64,000 nucleotides of DNA from Eledone cirrhosa (Eukaryota): the NCBI GenBank assembly GCA_964016885.1, contig OZ024741.1:211792001-211856000 (forward strand), read 5' to 3'. The first letter of the stretch is position 1, and each line of letters begins with the position of its first letter. Below are positions 25,659 through 39,030 of the stretch, in pieces. The notes beneath the pieces were generated by a model that saw only the letters and a program-made list of their open reading frames with translations, ran no database searches and was not told where the DNA came from. Position numbers and translations under genes: made by a program.

Positions 25659-28600
25659 CATTGTTGTTGATGTTGTTATTGTTGGTGATGTTGTTATTGT
25701 TGATGTTGTTATTGTTGTTGATGTTGTCATTGTTGTTGATGTGGTTCTTGTTGTTATTGTTGTTGATGTTGTCATTGTTGTTGATGTTGTTATTGTTGAT
25801 GATGTTGTTATTGTTGTTGATGTTATTATCGTTGTTGATGTTGTCATTGTTGTTGATGTTGTCATTGTTGTTGATGTTTTCATTGTTGTTGATGTTGTTA
25901 TTGTTGTTGATGTTGTTATTGTTGTTGATGTTGTCATTGTTGTTGATGTTGTTATTGTTGTTGATGTTGTTATTGTTGTTGATGTTGTTATTGTTATTGA
26001 TGTTGTTATTGTTGTTGATGTTGTCATTGTTGTTGATGTTGTTATTGTTGTTGATGTTGTTATTGTTATTGATGTTGTTATTGTTGTTGTCATTGTTGTT
26101 GATGTCATTGTTGTTGGTGTTGTCATCGTTGTTGGTGTTGTCATTGTTGTTGATGTTGTCATTGTTGTTAATGTTGTCATTGTTGTTGATGTTGTTATTG
26201 TTGTTGATTTTGTTATTGTTGTTGATGTTGTTATTGTTGTTGATGTTGTTATTGTTGTTGATGTTGTAATTGTTGTTGATGTTGTTATTGTTGTTGATGT
26301 TGTCATTGTTGTTAATGTTGTTATTGTTGTTGATGTTGTTATTGTTGTTGGTGTTGTCATTGTTGTTGATGTTGTTATTGTTGTTGATGTTGTTATTGTT
26401 GTTGATGTTGTTATTGTTGTTGATGTTGTTATTGTTGTTGATGTTGTTATTGTTGTTGATGTTGTCATTGTTGTTGATGTTGTTATTGTTGTTGATGTTG
26501 TCATTCTTGTTGATGTTGTCATTGTTGTTGGTGTTGTCATTGTTGTTGATGTTGTTATTGTTTATGATGTTGTTATTGTTGTTGATGTTGTCATTGTTGT
26601 TGATGTTGTTATTGTTGTTGATGTTGTTATTGTTGTTTGTCATTGTTGTTGATGTTGTCATTGATGTTGATGTTGTTATTGTTGTTGATGTTGTCATTGT
26701 TGTTGATGTTGTTATTGTTGTTGATGTTGTTATTGTTGTTGATGTTGTCATTGTTGTTGATGTTGTTATTATTGTTGATGTTGTTATTGTTGTTGATGTT
26801 GTTATTGTTGTTGATGTTGTTATTGTTGTTGATGTTGTTATTGTGGTTGATGTTGTTATTGTTGATGTTGTTATTGTTGTTGATGTTGTTATTGTTGTTG
26901 ATGTTGTCATTATTGTTGATGTTTTCATTGTTGTTGATGTTGTTATTGTTGTTGATGTTGTTATTGTTGTTGATGTTGTTATCGTTGTTGATGTTGTTAT
27001 CGTTGTTGATGTTGTCATTGTTGTTGATGTTGTTATTGTTGTTGATGTTGTTATCGTTGTTGATGTTGTTATTGTTGATGTTGTTATTGTTGTTGATGTT
27101 GTTATTGTTGTTGATGTTGTCATTGTTGTTGATGTTGTCATTGTTGTTGATGTTTTCATTGTTGTTGATGTTGTTATTGTTGTTGATGTTGTTATTGTTG
27201 TTGATGTTGTCATTGTTGTTGGTGTTTTCATTGTTGTCGATGTTGTTATTGTTGTTGATGTTGTTATTGTTGTTGGTGTTGTCATTGTTGTTGATGTTGT
27301 TATTGTTGTTGATGTTGTTATTGTTGTTGATGTTGTCATTGTTGTTGATGTTGTTATTGTTGTTGGTGTTGTCATTGTTGTTGATGTTGTTATTGTTGTT
27401 GATGTTGTCATTGTTGTTGATGTTGTTATTGTTGTTGATGTTGTTATTGTTGTTGATGTTGTCATCGTTGTTGATGTTGTCATTGTTGTTGATGTTGTTA
27501 TTGTTGGTGATGTTGTTATTGTTGATGTTGTTATTGTTGTTGATGTTGTCATTGTTGTTGATGTTGTTCTTGTTGTTGATGTTGTCATTGTTGTTGATGT
27601 TGTCATTGTTGTTGATGTTGTTATTGTTGTTGATGTTGTCATTGTTATTGATGTTGTTATTGTTGTTGATGTTGTTATTGTTGTTGATGTTATCATTGTT
27701 GTTGATGTTGATATCGTTGTTGATGTTGTTATTGTTGATGTTGTCATTGTTGTTGATGTTGTCATTGTTGTTGATGTTGTCATTGTTGTTGATGTTTTCA
27801 TTGTTGTTGATGTTGTTATTGTTGTTGATGTTGTTATTGTTGTTGATGTTGTTATTGTTGTTGATGTTGTCATTGTTGTTGATGTTGTTATTGTTGTTGA
27901 TGTTGATATTGTTGTTGATGTTGTTATTGTTGTTGTCATTGTTGTTGATGTTGTCATTGTTGTTGGTGTTGTCATTGTTGTTGGTGTTGTCATTGTTGTT
28001 CATGTTGTTATTGTTGTTGATGTTGTCATTGTTGTTGATGTTGTTATTGTTGTTGATTTTGTTATTGTTGTTGATGCTGTTATTGTTTTTGATGTTGTTA
28101 TAGTTGTTGATGTTGTTATTGTTGTTGGTGTTGTCATTGTTGTTGATGTTGTTATTGTTGTTGATGTTGTTATTGTTGTTGATGTTGTCATCGTTGTTGA
28201 TGTTGTCATTGTTGTTGATGTTGTCATTGTTGTTGATGTTGTTATTGTTGTTGATGTTGTCATTGTTGTTGATGTTATTGTTGTTGATGTTGCTATTGTT
28301 GTCATTGTTGTTGATGTTGTCATTGTTGTTGGTGTTGTCATCGTTGTTGGTGTTGTCATTGTTGTTGATGTTGTTATTGTTGTTGATGTTGTTATTGTTG
28401 TTGATGTTGTTATTGTTGTTGATGTTGTCATTGTTGTTGATGTTGTCATTGTTGTTGATGTTGTCATTGCTGTTGATGTTGTTATTGTTGTTGATGTTGT
28501 CATTGTTGTTGATGTTGTGTTGTTGATGTTTTCATTGTTGTTGATGTTGTTATTGTTGTTGATGTTGTTATTGTTGTTGATGTTGTTATTGTTGTTGATG

Positions 28601-29769
28601 CTGTTATTGTTGTTGATGTTGTTATTGTTGTTGATGTTGTTATTGTTGTTGATGTTGTTATCGTTGTTGATGTTGTTATTGTTGTTGATGTTGTTATTGT
28701 TGTTGATGTTGTTATTGTTGATGTTGTTATTGTTGTTGATGTTGTCATTGTTGTTGATGTTGTTATTGTTGTTGTTGATGTTATCGTCGTTGATGTTGTT
28801 ATAGTTATTGATGTTGTCATTGTTGTTGATGTTGTTATTGTTGTTGATGTTGTTATCGTTGTTGATGTTGTTATTGTAGTTGATGTTGTTATTGTTGTTG
28901 ATGTTGTTATTGTTGTTGATGTTGTTATTGTTGTTGATACTGTTATTGTTGTTGATGTTGTTATAGTTGTTGATGTTGTCATTGTTGTTGATGTTGTTAT
29001 AGTTGTTGATGTTGTCATTGTTGTTGATGTTGTTATTGTTGTTGATGTTTTTATTGTTGTTGATGATGTTATCGTCGTTGATGTTATAATTGTTGATGTT
29101 GTCATTGTTGTTGATGTTGTTATTGTTGTTGATGTTGTTATTGTTGTTGATGTTGTCATTGTTGTTGATGTTGTTATTGTTGTTGATGTTGTTATTGTTG
29201 TTGATGTTGTCATTGTTGTTGATGTTGTTATCGTTGTTGATGTTGTTATTGTTGATGTTGTTATTATTGTTGATGTTGTCATTGTTGTTGATGTTGTCAT
29301 TGTTGTTGATGTTGTTATTGTTGTTGATGTTGTTATTGTTGTTGATGTTGTCATTGTTGTTGATGTTGTCATTGTTGTTGATGTTGTCATTGTTGTTGAT
29401 GTTGTTATTGTTGTTGATGTTGTTATTGTTGTTGATGTTGTCATTGTTGTTGAAGTTGTCATTGTTGTTGATGTTGTTATTGTTGTTGATGTTGTTATTG
29501 TTGTTGATGTTGTCATTTTTGTTGATGTTGTCATTGTTGTTGATGTTGATATTGTTGTTGATGTTGTTATTGTTGTTGATGTTGTCATTGTTGTTGATGT
29601 TGTCATTGTTGTTGATGTTGTTATTGTTGTTGATGTTGTTATTGTTTATGATGTTGTTATTGTTGTTGATGTTGTCATTTTTGTTGATGTTGTTATTGTT
29701 GTTGATGTTGTTATTGTTGTTTGTCATTGTTGTTGATGTTGTCATTGATGTTGATGTTGTTATTGTTGT

Positions 29770-30739
29770 TGATGTTGTCATTGTTGTTGATGTTGTTATT
29801 GTTGTTGATGTTGTTATTGTTGTTGATATTTTCAATGTTGTTGATGTTGTTATTGATGTTGATGTTGTTATTGTTGTTGGTGTTGTCATTGTTGTTGATG
29901 TTGTTATTGTTGTTGATATTGTTATTGTTGTTGATGTTGTTATTGTTGTTGATGTTGTCATTGTCGTTGATGTTGTTATTGTTGTTGATGTTGTCATTGT
30001 TGTTGATGTTGTTATTGTTGTTGGTGTTGTCATTGTTGTTGATGTTGTCATTGTTGTTGATGTTGTCATTGTTGTTGATGTTGTTATTGTTGTTGGTGTT
30101 GTCATTGTTGTTGATGTTGTTATTGTTGTTGATGTTGTTATTGTTGTTGATGTTGTCATCGTTGTTGATGTTGTCATTGTTGTTGATGTTGTTATTGTTG
30201 TTGATGTTGTCATTGTTGTTGATGTTGTTATTGTTGGTGATGTTGTTATTGTTGATGTTGTTATTGTTGTTGATGTTGTCATTGTTGTTGATGTTGTTCT
30301 TGTTGTTGATGTTGTCATTGTTGTTGATGTTGTCATTGTTGTTGATGTTGTTATTGTTGTTGATGTTGTCATTGTTGTTGATGTTGTTATTGTTGTTGAT
30401 GTTGTTATTGTTGATGTTGTTATTGTTGGTGATGTTATCATTGTTGTTGATGTTGATATCGTTGTTGATGTTGTTATTGTTGATGTTGTTATTGTTGTTG
30501 ATGTTGTTATTGTTGTTGATGTTTTTATTGTTGTTGATGTTGTCATTGTTGTTGATGTTGTCATTGTTGTTGATGTTGTCATTGCTGTTGATGTTGTTAT
30601 TGTTGTTGATGTTGTCATTGTTGTTGATGTTGTGTTGTTGATGTTTTCATTGTTGTTGATGTTGTTATTGTTGTTGTTGTTGTTATTGTTGTTGATGTTG
30701 TTATTGTTGTTGATGTTGTCATTGTTGTTGATGTTGTTA

Positions 30740-30774
<35 letters not shown>

Positions 30775-31630
30775 ATTGTTGTTGTCATTGTTGTTGATGT
30801 TGTCATTGTTGTTGGTGTTGTCATTGTTGCTGGTGTTGTCATTGTTGTTGATGTTGTTATTGTTGTTGATGTTGTCATTGTTGTTGATGTTGTTATTGTT
30901 GTTGATGTTGTTATTGTTGTTGATATTTTCAATGTTGTTGATGTTGTTATTGATGTTGATGTTGTTATTGTTGTTGGTGTTGTCATTGTTTTTGATGTTG
31001 TTATTGTTGTTGATATTGTTATTGTTGTTGATGTTGTTATTGTTGTTGATGTTGTCATTGTCGTTGATGTTGTTATTGTTGTTGATGTTGTCATTGTTGT
31101 TGATGTTGTTATTGTTGTTGGTGTTGTCATTGTTGTTGATGTTGTCATTGTTGTTGATGTTGTCATTGTTGTTGATGTTGTTATTGTTGTTGGTGTTGTC
31201 ATTGTTGTTGATGTTGTTATTGTTGTTGATGTTGTTATTGTTGTTGATGTTGTCATCGTTGTTGATGTTGTCATTGTTGTTGATGTTGTTATTGTTGTTG
31301 ATGTTGTCATTGTTGTTGATGTTGTTATTGTTGGTGATGTTGTTATTGTTGATGTTGTTATTGTTGTTGATGTTGTCATTGTTGTTGATGTTGTTCTTGT
31401 TGTTGATGTTGTCATTGTTGTTGATGTTGTCATTGTTGTTGATGTTGTTATTGTTGTTGATGTTGTCATTGTTGTTGATGTTGTTATTGTTGTTGATGTT
31501 GTTATTGTTGATGTTGTTATTGTTGTTGATGTTATCATTGTTGTTGATGTTGATATCGTTGTTGATGTTGTTATTGTTGATGTTGTTATTGTTGTTGATG
31601 TTGTTATTGTTGTTGATGTTTTTATTGTTG
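29770..31630. repeat. Duplication with 1097-bp offset
   Basis: The rare monomer GATATTTTCAATGTTGTT occurs at 29825 and 30922, and GATATC at 30455 and 31552. Confidence 0.82.
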
Positions 31631-34600
31631 TTGATGTTGTTATTGTTTATGATATTGTTATTGTTGTTGATGTTGTCATTGTTGTTGATGTTGTTATTGT
31701 TGTTGATGTTGTCATTGTTGTTGATGTTGTCATTGTTGTTGATGTTGTCATTGTTGTTGATGTTGTCATTGTTGTTGATGTTGTTATTGTTGTTGATGTT
31801 GTTATTGTTGTTGATGTTGTCATTATTGTTGATGTTGTTATTATTGTTGATGTTGTTATTGTTGTTGATGTTGTTATTGTTGTTGATGTTGTTATTGTTG
31901 TTGATGTTGTTATTGTGGTTGATGTTGTTATTGTTGATGTTGTTATTGTTGTTGATGTTGTCATTGTTGTTGATGTTGTTATCGTTGTTGATGTTGTTAT
32001 TGTTGATGTTGTTATTGTTGTTGATGTTGTTATTGTTGTTGATGTTGTCATTGTTGTTGATGTTGTCATTGTTGTTGATGTTTTCATTGTTGTTGATGTT
32101 GTTATTGTTGTTGATGTTATTATTGTTGTTGATGTTGTCATTGTTGTTGGTGTTTTCATTGTTGTCGATGTTGTTATTGTTGTTGATGCTGTTATTGTTG
32201 TTGGTGTTGTCATTGTTGTTGATGTTGTTATTGTTGTTGATGTTGTTATTGTTGTTGATGTTGTCATTGTTGTTGATGTTGTTATTTTTGTTGGTGTTCT
32301 CATTGTTGTTGATGTTGTCATTGTTGTTGATGTTGTTATTGTTGGTGATGTTGTTATTGTTGATGTTGTTATTGTTGTTGATGTTGTCATTGTTGTTGAT
32401 GTTGTTCTTGTTGTTGATGTTGTCATTGTTGTTGATGTTGTCATTGTTGTTGATGTTGTTATTGTTGTTGATGTTGTCATTGTTATTGATGTTGTTATTG
32501 TTGTTGATGTTGTTATTGTTGATGTTATTATTGTTGTTGATGTTATCATTGTTGTTGATGTTGATATCGTTGTTGATGTTGTTATTGTTGATGTTGTTAT
32601 TGTTGTTGATGTTGTTATTGTTGTTGATGTTGTTATTGTTGTTGATGTTGTCATTGTTGTTGATGTTGTCATTGTTGTTGATGTTGTCATTGTTGTTGAT
32701 GTTGTTATTGTTGTTGATGTTGTCATTGTTGTTGATGTTGTCATTGTTGTTGATGTTTTCATTGTTGTTGATGTTGTTATTGTTGTTGATGTTGTTATTG
32801 TTGTTGATGTTGTTATTGTTGTTGATGTTGTCATTGTTGTTGATGTTGTTATTGTTGTTGATGTTGATATTGTTGTTGATGTTGTTATTGTTGTTGTCAT
32901 TGTTGTTGATGTTGTCATTGCTGTTTGTGTTGTCATTGTTGTTGGTGTTGTCATTGTTGTTGATGTTGTTATTGTTGTTGATGTTGTTATTGTTTTTGAT
33001 GTTGATATTGTTGTTGGTGTTGTCATTGTTGTTGATGTTGTTATTGTTGTTGATGTTGTTATTGTTGTTGATGTTGTTATTGTTGTTGATGTTGTCATTG
33101 TTGTTGATGTTGTTTTTGTTGTTGATGTTGTTATTGTTGTTGATGTTGTTATTGTTGATGTTGTTATTGCTGTTGATGTTGTCATTGTTGTTGATGTTGT
33201 TATTGTCGTTGATGTTGTCATTGTTGTTGATGTTGTCATTGTTGTTGATGTTGTTATTGTTGTTGATGTTGTTATTGTTTTTGATGTTGTCATTGTTGTT
33301 GATGTTGTCATTGTTGTTGATGTTGTCATTATTGTTGATGTTGTTATTGTTGTTGATGTTGTTATTGTTGTTGATGTTGTCATTGTTGTTGATGTTTTCA
33401 TTCTTGTTGATGTTGTTATTGTTGTTGATGTTGTTATTGTTGTTGGTGTTGTCATTGTTGTTGATGTTGTTATTGTTGTTGATGTTGTTATTGTTGTTGA
33501 TGTTGTTATTGTTGTTGATGTTGTCATTGTTGTTGATGTTGTTATTGTTGTTGATGTTGTTATTGTTGTTGATGTTGTTATTGTTGTTGATGTTGTCATT
33601 GTTGTTGATGTTGTTATTGTTGTTGATGTTGTCATTGTTGTTGATGTTGTTGGTGTTGTCATTGTTGTTGATGTTGTTATTGTTGTTGATGTTGTTATTG
33701 TTGTTGATGTTGTCATTGTTGTTGATGTTGTCATTGTTGTTGATGTTGTTATTGTTGTTGATGTTGTCATTGTTGCTGATGTTGTTATTGTTGTTGGTGT
33801 TGTCATTGTTGTTGATGATGTTATTGTTGTTGATGTTGTTATTTTTGTTGATGTTGTCATTGTTGTTGATGTTGTCATTGTTGTTGATGTTGTTATTGTT
33901 GTTGATGTTGTTATTGTTGTTGATGTTGTTATTGTTGTTGATGTTGTCATTGTTGTTGATGTTGTTATTGTTGTTGATGTTGTTATTGTTGTTGATGTCA
34001 TTGTTGTTGATGTTGTTATTATTGTTGATGTTGTTATTGTTGTTGATGTTGTTATTGTTGTTGATGTTGTTATTGTTATTCATGTTGTTATTGTGGTTGA
34101 TGTTGTTATTGTTGATGATGTTGTTATTGTTGTTGATGTTATTATTGTTGTTGATGTTGTCATTGTTGTTGATGTTGTCATTGTTGTTGATGTTTTCATT
34201 GTTGTTGATGTTGTAATTGTTGTTGATGTTGTTATTGTTGTTGGTGTTGTCATTGTTGTTGATGTTGTTATTGTTGTTGATGTTGTTATTGTTGTTGATG
34301 TTGGTATTGTTGTTGATGTTGTTATTGTTGTTGATGTTGTTATTGTTGTTGATGTTGTCATTGTTGTTGATGTTGTTATTGTTGTTGATGTTGTCATTCT
34401 TGTTGATGTTGTCATTGTTGTTGGTGTTGTCATTGTTGTTGATGTTGTTATTGTTTATGATATTGTAATTGTTGTTGATGTTGTCATTGTTGTTGATGTT
34501 GTTATTGTTGTTGATGTTGTTATTGTTGTTGATGTTGTCATTGTTGTTGATGTTGTCATTGTTGTTGATGTTGTTATTGTTGTTGATGTTGTCATTGTTG

Positions 34601-37600
34601 TTGATGTTGTTATTATTGTTGATGTTGTTATTGTTGTTGATGTTGTTATTGTTGTTGATGTTGTTATTGTTGTTGATGTTGTTATTGTGGTTGATGTTGT
34701 TATTGTTGATGTTGTTATTGTTGTTGATGTTGTCATTGTTGTTGATGTTGTTATCGTTGTTGATGTTGTTATTGTTGATGTTGTTATTGTTGTTGATGTT
34801 GTTATTGTTGTTGATGTTGTCATTGTTGTTGATGTTGTCATTGTTGTTGATGTTTTCATTGTTGTTGATGTTGTTATTGTTGTTGATGTTGTTATTGTTG
34901 TTGATGTTGTCATTGTTGTTGGTGTTTTCATTGTTGTCGATGTTGTTATTGTTGTTGATGTTGTTATTGTTGTTGGTGTTGTCATTGTTGTTGATGTTGT
35001 TATTGTTGTTGATGTTGTTATTGTTGTTGATGTTGTCATTGTTGTTGATGTTGTTATTTTTGTTGGTGTTGTCATTGTTGTTGATGTTGTTATTGTTGTT
35101 GATGTTGTCATTGTTGTTGATGTTGTTATTGTTGTTGATGTTGTTATTGTTGGTGATGTTGTTATTGTTGATGTTGTTATTGTTGTTGATGTTGTCATTG
35201 TTGTTGATGTTGTTCTTGTTGTTGATGTTGTCATTGTTGTTGATGTTGTCATTGTTGTTGATGTTGTTATTGTTGTTGATGTTGTCATTGTTGTTGATGT
35301 TGTTATTGTTGTTGATGTTGTTATTGTTGATGTTGTTATTGTTGTTGATGTTATCATTGTCGTTGATGTTGATATCGTTGTTGATGTTGTTATTGTTGAT
35401 GTTGTTATTGTTGTTGATGTTGTTATTGTTGTTGATGTTTTTATTGTTGTTGATGTTGTTATTGTTTATGATATTGTTATTGTTGTTGATGTTGTCATTG
35501 TTGTTGATGTTGTTATTGTTGTTGATGTTGTCAGTGTTGTTGATGTTGTCATTGTTGTTGATGTTGTCATTGTTGTTGATGTTGTCATTGTTGTTGATGT
35601 TGTTATTGTTGTTGATGTTGTTATTGTTGTTGATGTTGTCATTATTGTTGATGTTGTTATTATTGTTGATGTTGTTATTGTTGTTGATGTTGTTATTGTT
35701 GTTGATGTTGTTATTGTTGTTGATGTTGTTATTGTGGTTGATGTTGTTATTGTTGATGTTGTTATTGTTGTTGATGTTGTCATTGTTGTTGATGTTGTTA
35801 TCGTTGTTGATGTTGTTATTGTTGATGTTGTTATTGTTGTTGATGTTGTTATTGTTGTTGATGTTGTCATTGTTGTTGATGTTGTCATTGTTGTTGATGT
35901 TTTCATTGTTGTTGATGTTGTTATTGTTGTTGATGTTATTATTGTTGTTGATGTTGTCATTGTTGTTGGTGTTTTCATTGTTGTCGATGTTGTTATTGTT
36001 GTTGATGCTGTTATTGTTGTTGGTGTTGTCATTGTTGTTGATGTTGTTATTGTTGTTGATGTTGTTATTGTTGTTGATGTTGTCATTGTTGTTGATGTTG
36101 TTATTTTTGTTGGTGTTCTCATTGTTGTTGATGTTGTCATTGTTGTTGATGTTGTTATTGTTGGTGATGTTGTTATTGTTGATGTTGTTATTGTTGTTGA
36201 TGTTGTCATTGTTGTTGATGTTGTTCTTGTTGTTGATGTTGTCATTGTTGTTGATGTTGTCATTGTTGTTGATGTTGTTATTGTTGTTGATGTTGTCATT
36301 GTTATTGATGTTGTTATTGTTGTTGATGTTGTTATTGTTGATGTTATTATTGTTGTTGATGTTATCATTGTTGTTGATGTTGATATCGTTGTTGATGTTG
36401 TTATTGTTGATGTTGTTATTGTTGTTGATGTTGTTATTGTTGTTGATGTTGTTATTGTTGTTGATGTTGTCATTGTTGTTGATGTTGTCATTGTTGTTGA
36501 TGTTGTCATTGTTGTTGATGTTGTTATTGTTGTTGATGTTGTCATTGTTGTTGATGTTGTCATTGTTGTTGATGTTTTCATTGTTGTTGATGTTGTTATT
36601 GTTGTTGATGTTGTTATTGTTGTTGATGTTGTTATTGTTGTTGATGTTGTCATTGTTGTTGATGTTGTTATTGTTGTTGATGTTGATATTGTTGTTGATG
36701 TTGTTATTGTTGTTGTCATTGTTGTTGATGTTGTCATTGCTGTTTGTGTTGTCATTGTTGTTGGTGTTGTCATTGTTGTTGATGTTGTTATTGTTGTTGA
36801 TGTTGTTATTGTTTTTGATGTTGATATTGTTGTTGGTGTTGTCATTGTTGTTGATGTTGTTATTGTTGTTGATGTTGTTATTGTTGTTGATGTTGTTATT
36901 GTTGTTGATGTTGTCATTGTTGTTGATGTTGTTTTTGTTGTTGATGTTGTTATTGTTGTTGATGTTGTTATTGTTGATGTTGTTATTGCTGTTGATGTTG
37001 TCATTGTTGTTGATGTTGTTATTGTCGTTGATGTTGTCATTGTTGTTGATGTTGTCATTGTTGTTGATGTTGTTATTGTTGTTGATGTTGTTATTGTTTT
37101 TGATGTTGTCATTGTTGTTGATGTTGTCATTGTTGTTGATGTTGTCATTATTGTTGATGTTGTTATTGTTGTTGATGTTGTTATTGTTGTTGATGTTGTC
37201 ATTGTTGTTGATGTTTTCATTCTTGTTGATGTTGTTATTGTTGTTGATGTTGTTATTGTTGTTGGTGTTGTCATTGTTGTTGATGTTGTTATTGTTGTTG
37301 ATGTTGTTATTGTTGTTGATGTTGTTATTGTTGTTGATGTTGTCATTGTTGTTGATGTTGTTATTGTTGTTGATGTTGTTATTGTTGTTGATGTTGTTAT
37401 TGTTGTTGATGTTGTCATTGTTGTTGATGTTGTTATTGTTGTTGATGTTGTCATTGTTGTTGATGTTGTTGGTGTTGTCATTGTTGTTGATGTTGTTATT
37501 GTTGTTGATGTTGTTATTGTTGTTGATGTTGTCATTGTTGTTGATGTTGTCATTGTTGTTGATGTTGTTATTGTTGTTGATGTTGTCATTGTTGCTGATG

Positions 37601-39030
37601 TTGTTATTGTTGTTGGTGTTGTCATTGTTGTTGATGATGTTATTGTTGTTGATGTTGTTATTTTTGTTGATGTTGTCATTGTTGTTGATGTTGTCATTGT
37701 TGTTGATGTTGTTATTGTTGTTGATGTTGTTATTGTTGTTGATGTTGTTATTGTTGTTGATGTTGTCATTGTTGTTGATGTTGTTATTGTTGTTGATGTT
37801 GTTATTGTTGTTGATGTCATTGTTGTTGATGTTGTTATTATTGTTGATGTTGTTATTGTTGTTGATGTTGTTATTGTTGTTGATGTTGTTATTGTTATTC
37901 ATGTTGTTATTGTGGTTGATGTTGTTATTGTTGATGATGTTGTTATTGTTGTTGATGTTATTATTGTTGTTGATGTTGTCATTGTTGTTGATGTTGTCAT
38001 TGTTGTTGATGTTTTCATTGTTGTTGATGTTGTAATTGTTGTTGATGTTGTTATTGTTGTTGGTGTTGTCATTGTTGTTGATGTTGTTATTGTTGTTGAT
38101 GTTGTTATTGTTGTTGATGTTGTTATTGTTGTTGATGTTGTTATTGTTGTTGATGTTGTTATTGTTGTTGATGTTGTCATTGTTGTTGATGTTGTTATTG
38201 TTGTTGATGTTGTCATTCTTGTTGATGTTGTCATTGTTGTTGGTGTTGTCATTGTTGTTGATGTTGTTATTGTTTATGATATTGTAATTGTTGTTGATGT
38301 TGTCATTGTTGTTGATGTTGTTATTGTTGTTGATGTTGTTATTGTTGTTGATGTTGTCATTGTTGTTGATGTTGTCATTGTTGTTGATGTTGTTATTGTT
38401 GTTGATGTTGTCATTGTTGTTGATGTTGTTATTATTGTTGATGTTGTTATTGTTGTTGATGTTGTTATTGTTGTTGATGTTGTTATTGTTGTTGATGTTG
38501 TTATTGTGGTTGATGTTGTTATTGTTGATGTTGTTATTGTTGTTGATGTTGTCATTGTTGTTGATGTTGTTATCGTTGTTGATGTTGTTATTGTTGATGT
38601 TGTTATTGTTGTTGATGTTGTTATTGTTGTTGATGTTGTCATTGTTGTTGATGTTGTCATTGTTGTTGATGTTTTCATTGTTGTTGATGTTGTTATTGTT
38701 GTTGATGTTGTTATTGTTGTTGATGTTGTCATTGTTGTTGGTGTTTTCATTGTTGTCGATGTTGTTATTGTTGTTGATGTTGTTATTGTTGTTGGTGTTG
38801 TCATTGTTGTTGATGTTGTTATTGTTGTTGATGTTGTTATTGTTGTTGATGTTGTCATTGTTGTTGATGTTGTTATTTTTGTTGGTGTTGTCATTGTTGT
38901 TGATGTTGTTATTGTTGTTGATGTTGTCATTGTTGTTGATGTTGTTATTGTTGTTGATGTTGTTATTGTTGGTGATGTTGTTATTGTTGATGTTGTTATT
39001 GTTGTTGATGTTGTCATTGTTGTTGATGTT
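31310..39030. repeat. Near-perfect 3819-bp tandem duplication
   Basis: ORF pairs 31647/35466, 34080/37899, 34217/38036 and 34455/38274 are all offset 3819. GATATC occurs at 31552/35371 and 32563/36382, and GGTGAT at 31333/35152/38971. Confidence 0.92.

Larger units (their letters stand above)
1639..27600. repeat. Left HOR domain: variable-length units delimited by a 13-bp (5-bp deletion) monomer, junction ...ATTGTTGTT|TGTCATTGTTGTTGATGTTGTCATTGATGTTGAT
   Basis: The junction recurs at about 1639, 3752, 5067, 8635, 9830, 13398, 14143, 15422, 18720, 19879, 24494 and 26637 (plus 29721), matching the MSLLLMLSLMLM ORF starts. Unit lengths are 2113, 1315, 3568, 1195, 3568, 745, 1279, 3298, 1159, 4615 and 2143 bp. 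Confidence 0.93.
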
